Virus record (IMG/VR): IMGVR_UViG_3300047557_002741 | Location: 1-64,000 of that record | DNA: 64,000 bases | Direction: 5' to 3' (one strand) | DNA from: a virus | Lineage: Duplodnaviria > Caudoviricetes | Shown: piece by piece, positions 63,424 through 64,000 of the stretch | Layout: every line of letters begins with the position of its first letter | Position numbering within the stretch: position 1 is the first letter of the stretch | The notes under the pieces: generated by a model | Told to the model about the DNA's origin: nothing | Databases searched by the model: none | The model's input: the letters and a program-made list of their open reading frames with translations, nothing else | Position numbers and translations under genes: made by a program

Positions 63424-64000
63424 TTAACTTAATACAGAGGACATTACCTGAAAGAATTTTTGAATTATAGCCAAGACTCGTTAGGTCATTCAACAAATTG
63501 TTTAATTCGTCATACCCACATTTAACTGTGTTTAATCTATCATCATTTGGATTTGGATGGGGTCTTTCAAAGTAAATTATTTTTGGATATATTTTCTCCC
63601 CAATAAATTGTTTTACAATTTCCATATCAAAACCTTCAGTATCTATAACTAAAATATCAACTGAATTTTCATATGACTTCATCAAAGTAGAAACTGTAAT
63701 CCCATCAACTAATTCATAATGATTTTCATCAAAGAGGGTATTTTGGTCATTCTGTCTCAGGAGAAGAGTGGAATGCCCAGACGTTCCTTCATGGTCTATA
63801 TTCTTATATAATTTTACAGGACCATCAACATGAGAAATAGCAACATTTAGAAAATCAATTCTATCTTTCTGGTTTGAGTAATTATCTTTTAGTCTTCCAA
63901 ATTCATTTTTTTGCGGTTCAATCAATACAGAGAAAAACCTATCATCATCTTCTATCAAGTCCCTTACAGGATCTTCCATAAAGTTATTATCTGAACCATC
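63416..64000 (-). CDS. FkbM-family methyltransferase, probably 5'-truncated by window edge
   Basis: IEP...N.AI...D.L.ID.EG.D...I.FE. Confidence 0.7.
   Translation of the reverse strand, partial: DGSDNNFMEDPVRDLIEDDDRFFSVLIEPQKNEFGRLKDNYSNQKDRIDFLNVAISHVDGPVKLYKNIDHEGTSGHSTLLLRQNDQNTLFDENHYELVDGITVSTLMKSYENSVDILVIDTEGFDMEIVKQFIGEKIYPKIIYFERPHPNPNDDRLNTVKCGYDELNNLLNDLTSLGYNSKILSGNVLCIKLNE

Overview
A 64-kb AT-rich segment of a T4-like cyanophage (cyanomyovirus) genome, coded mostly on the minus strand. In order it holds: tail-fibre and virion genes (S74-chaperone fibres, a collagen-like fibre, a virion subtilisin); a Mom-like DNA-modification gene and two tRNAs; the baseplate/tail module (gp5, hub, tape-measure-like hydrolases, gp51, gp26, gp54-like, gp4, gp2, gp48, gp53) with cp12 embedded; gp32/gp59/gp33, exonuclease, phoH, thyX, speD and glutaredoxin; psbA; a late lysis cassette; peroxiredoxin, two hli genes, pstS and a porin; and a sugar-nucleotide/heptose cluster. 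The main signals not shown by the ORF track are: (1) a compact nitrogen-sensing unit (NtcA box, tandem glutamine-riboswitch-like aptamers, a Gln-rich YRGV peptide plus a coupled basic peptide, terminator); (2) psbA split by two group I introns next to an F-CphI-like endonuclease, encoding a D1 with QB-pocket changes S264T and V249L; (3) an opposite-strand four-gene operon of secreted/membrane proteins; (4) two lysins sharing an unnamed N-terminal domain; (5) a type-I tRNA-Leu(UAA), a dispersed ~55-bp intergenic element, and several RBS-sequestering or antisense RNA elements. All family assignments are by eye from motifs; no database searches were run.
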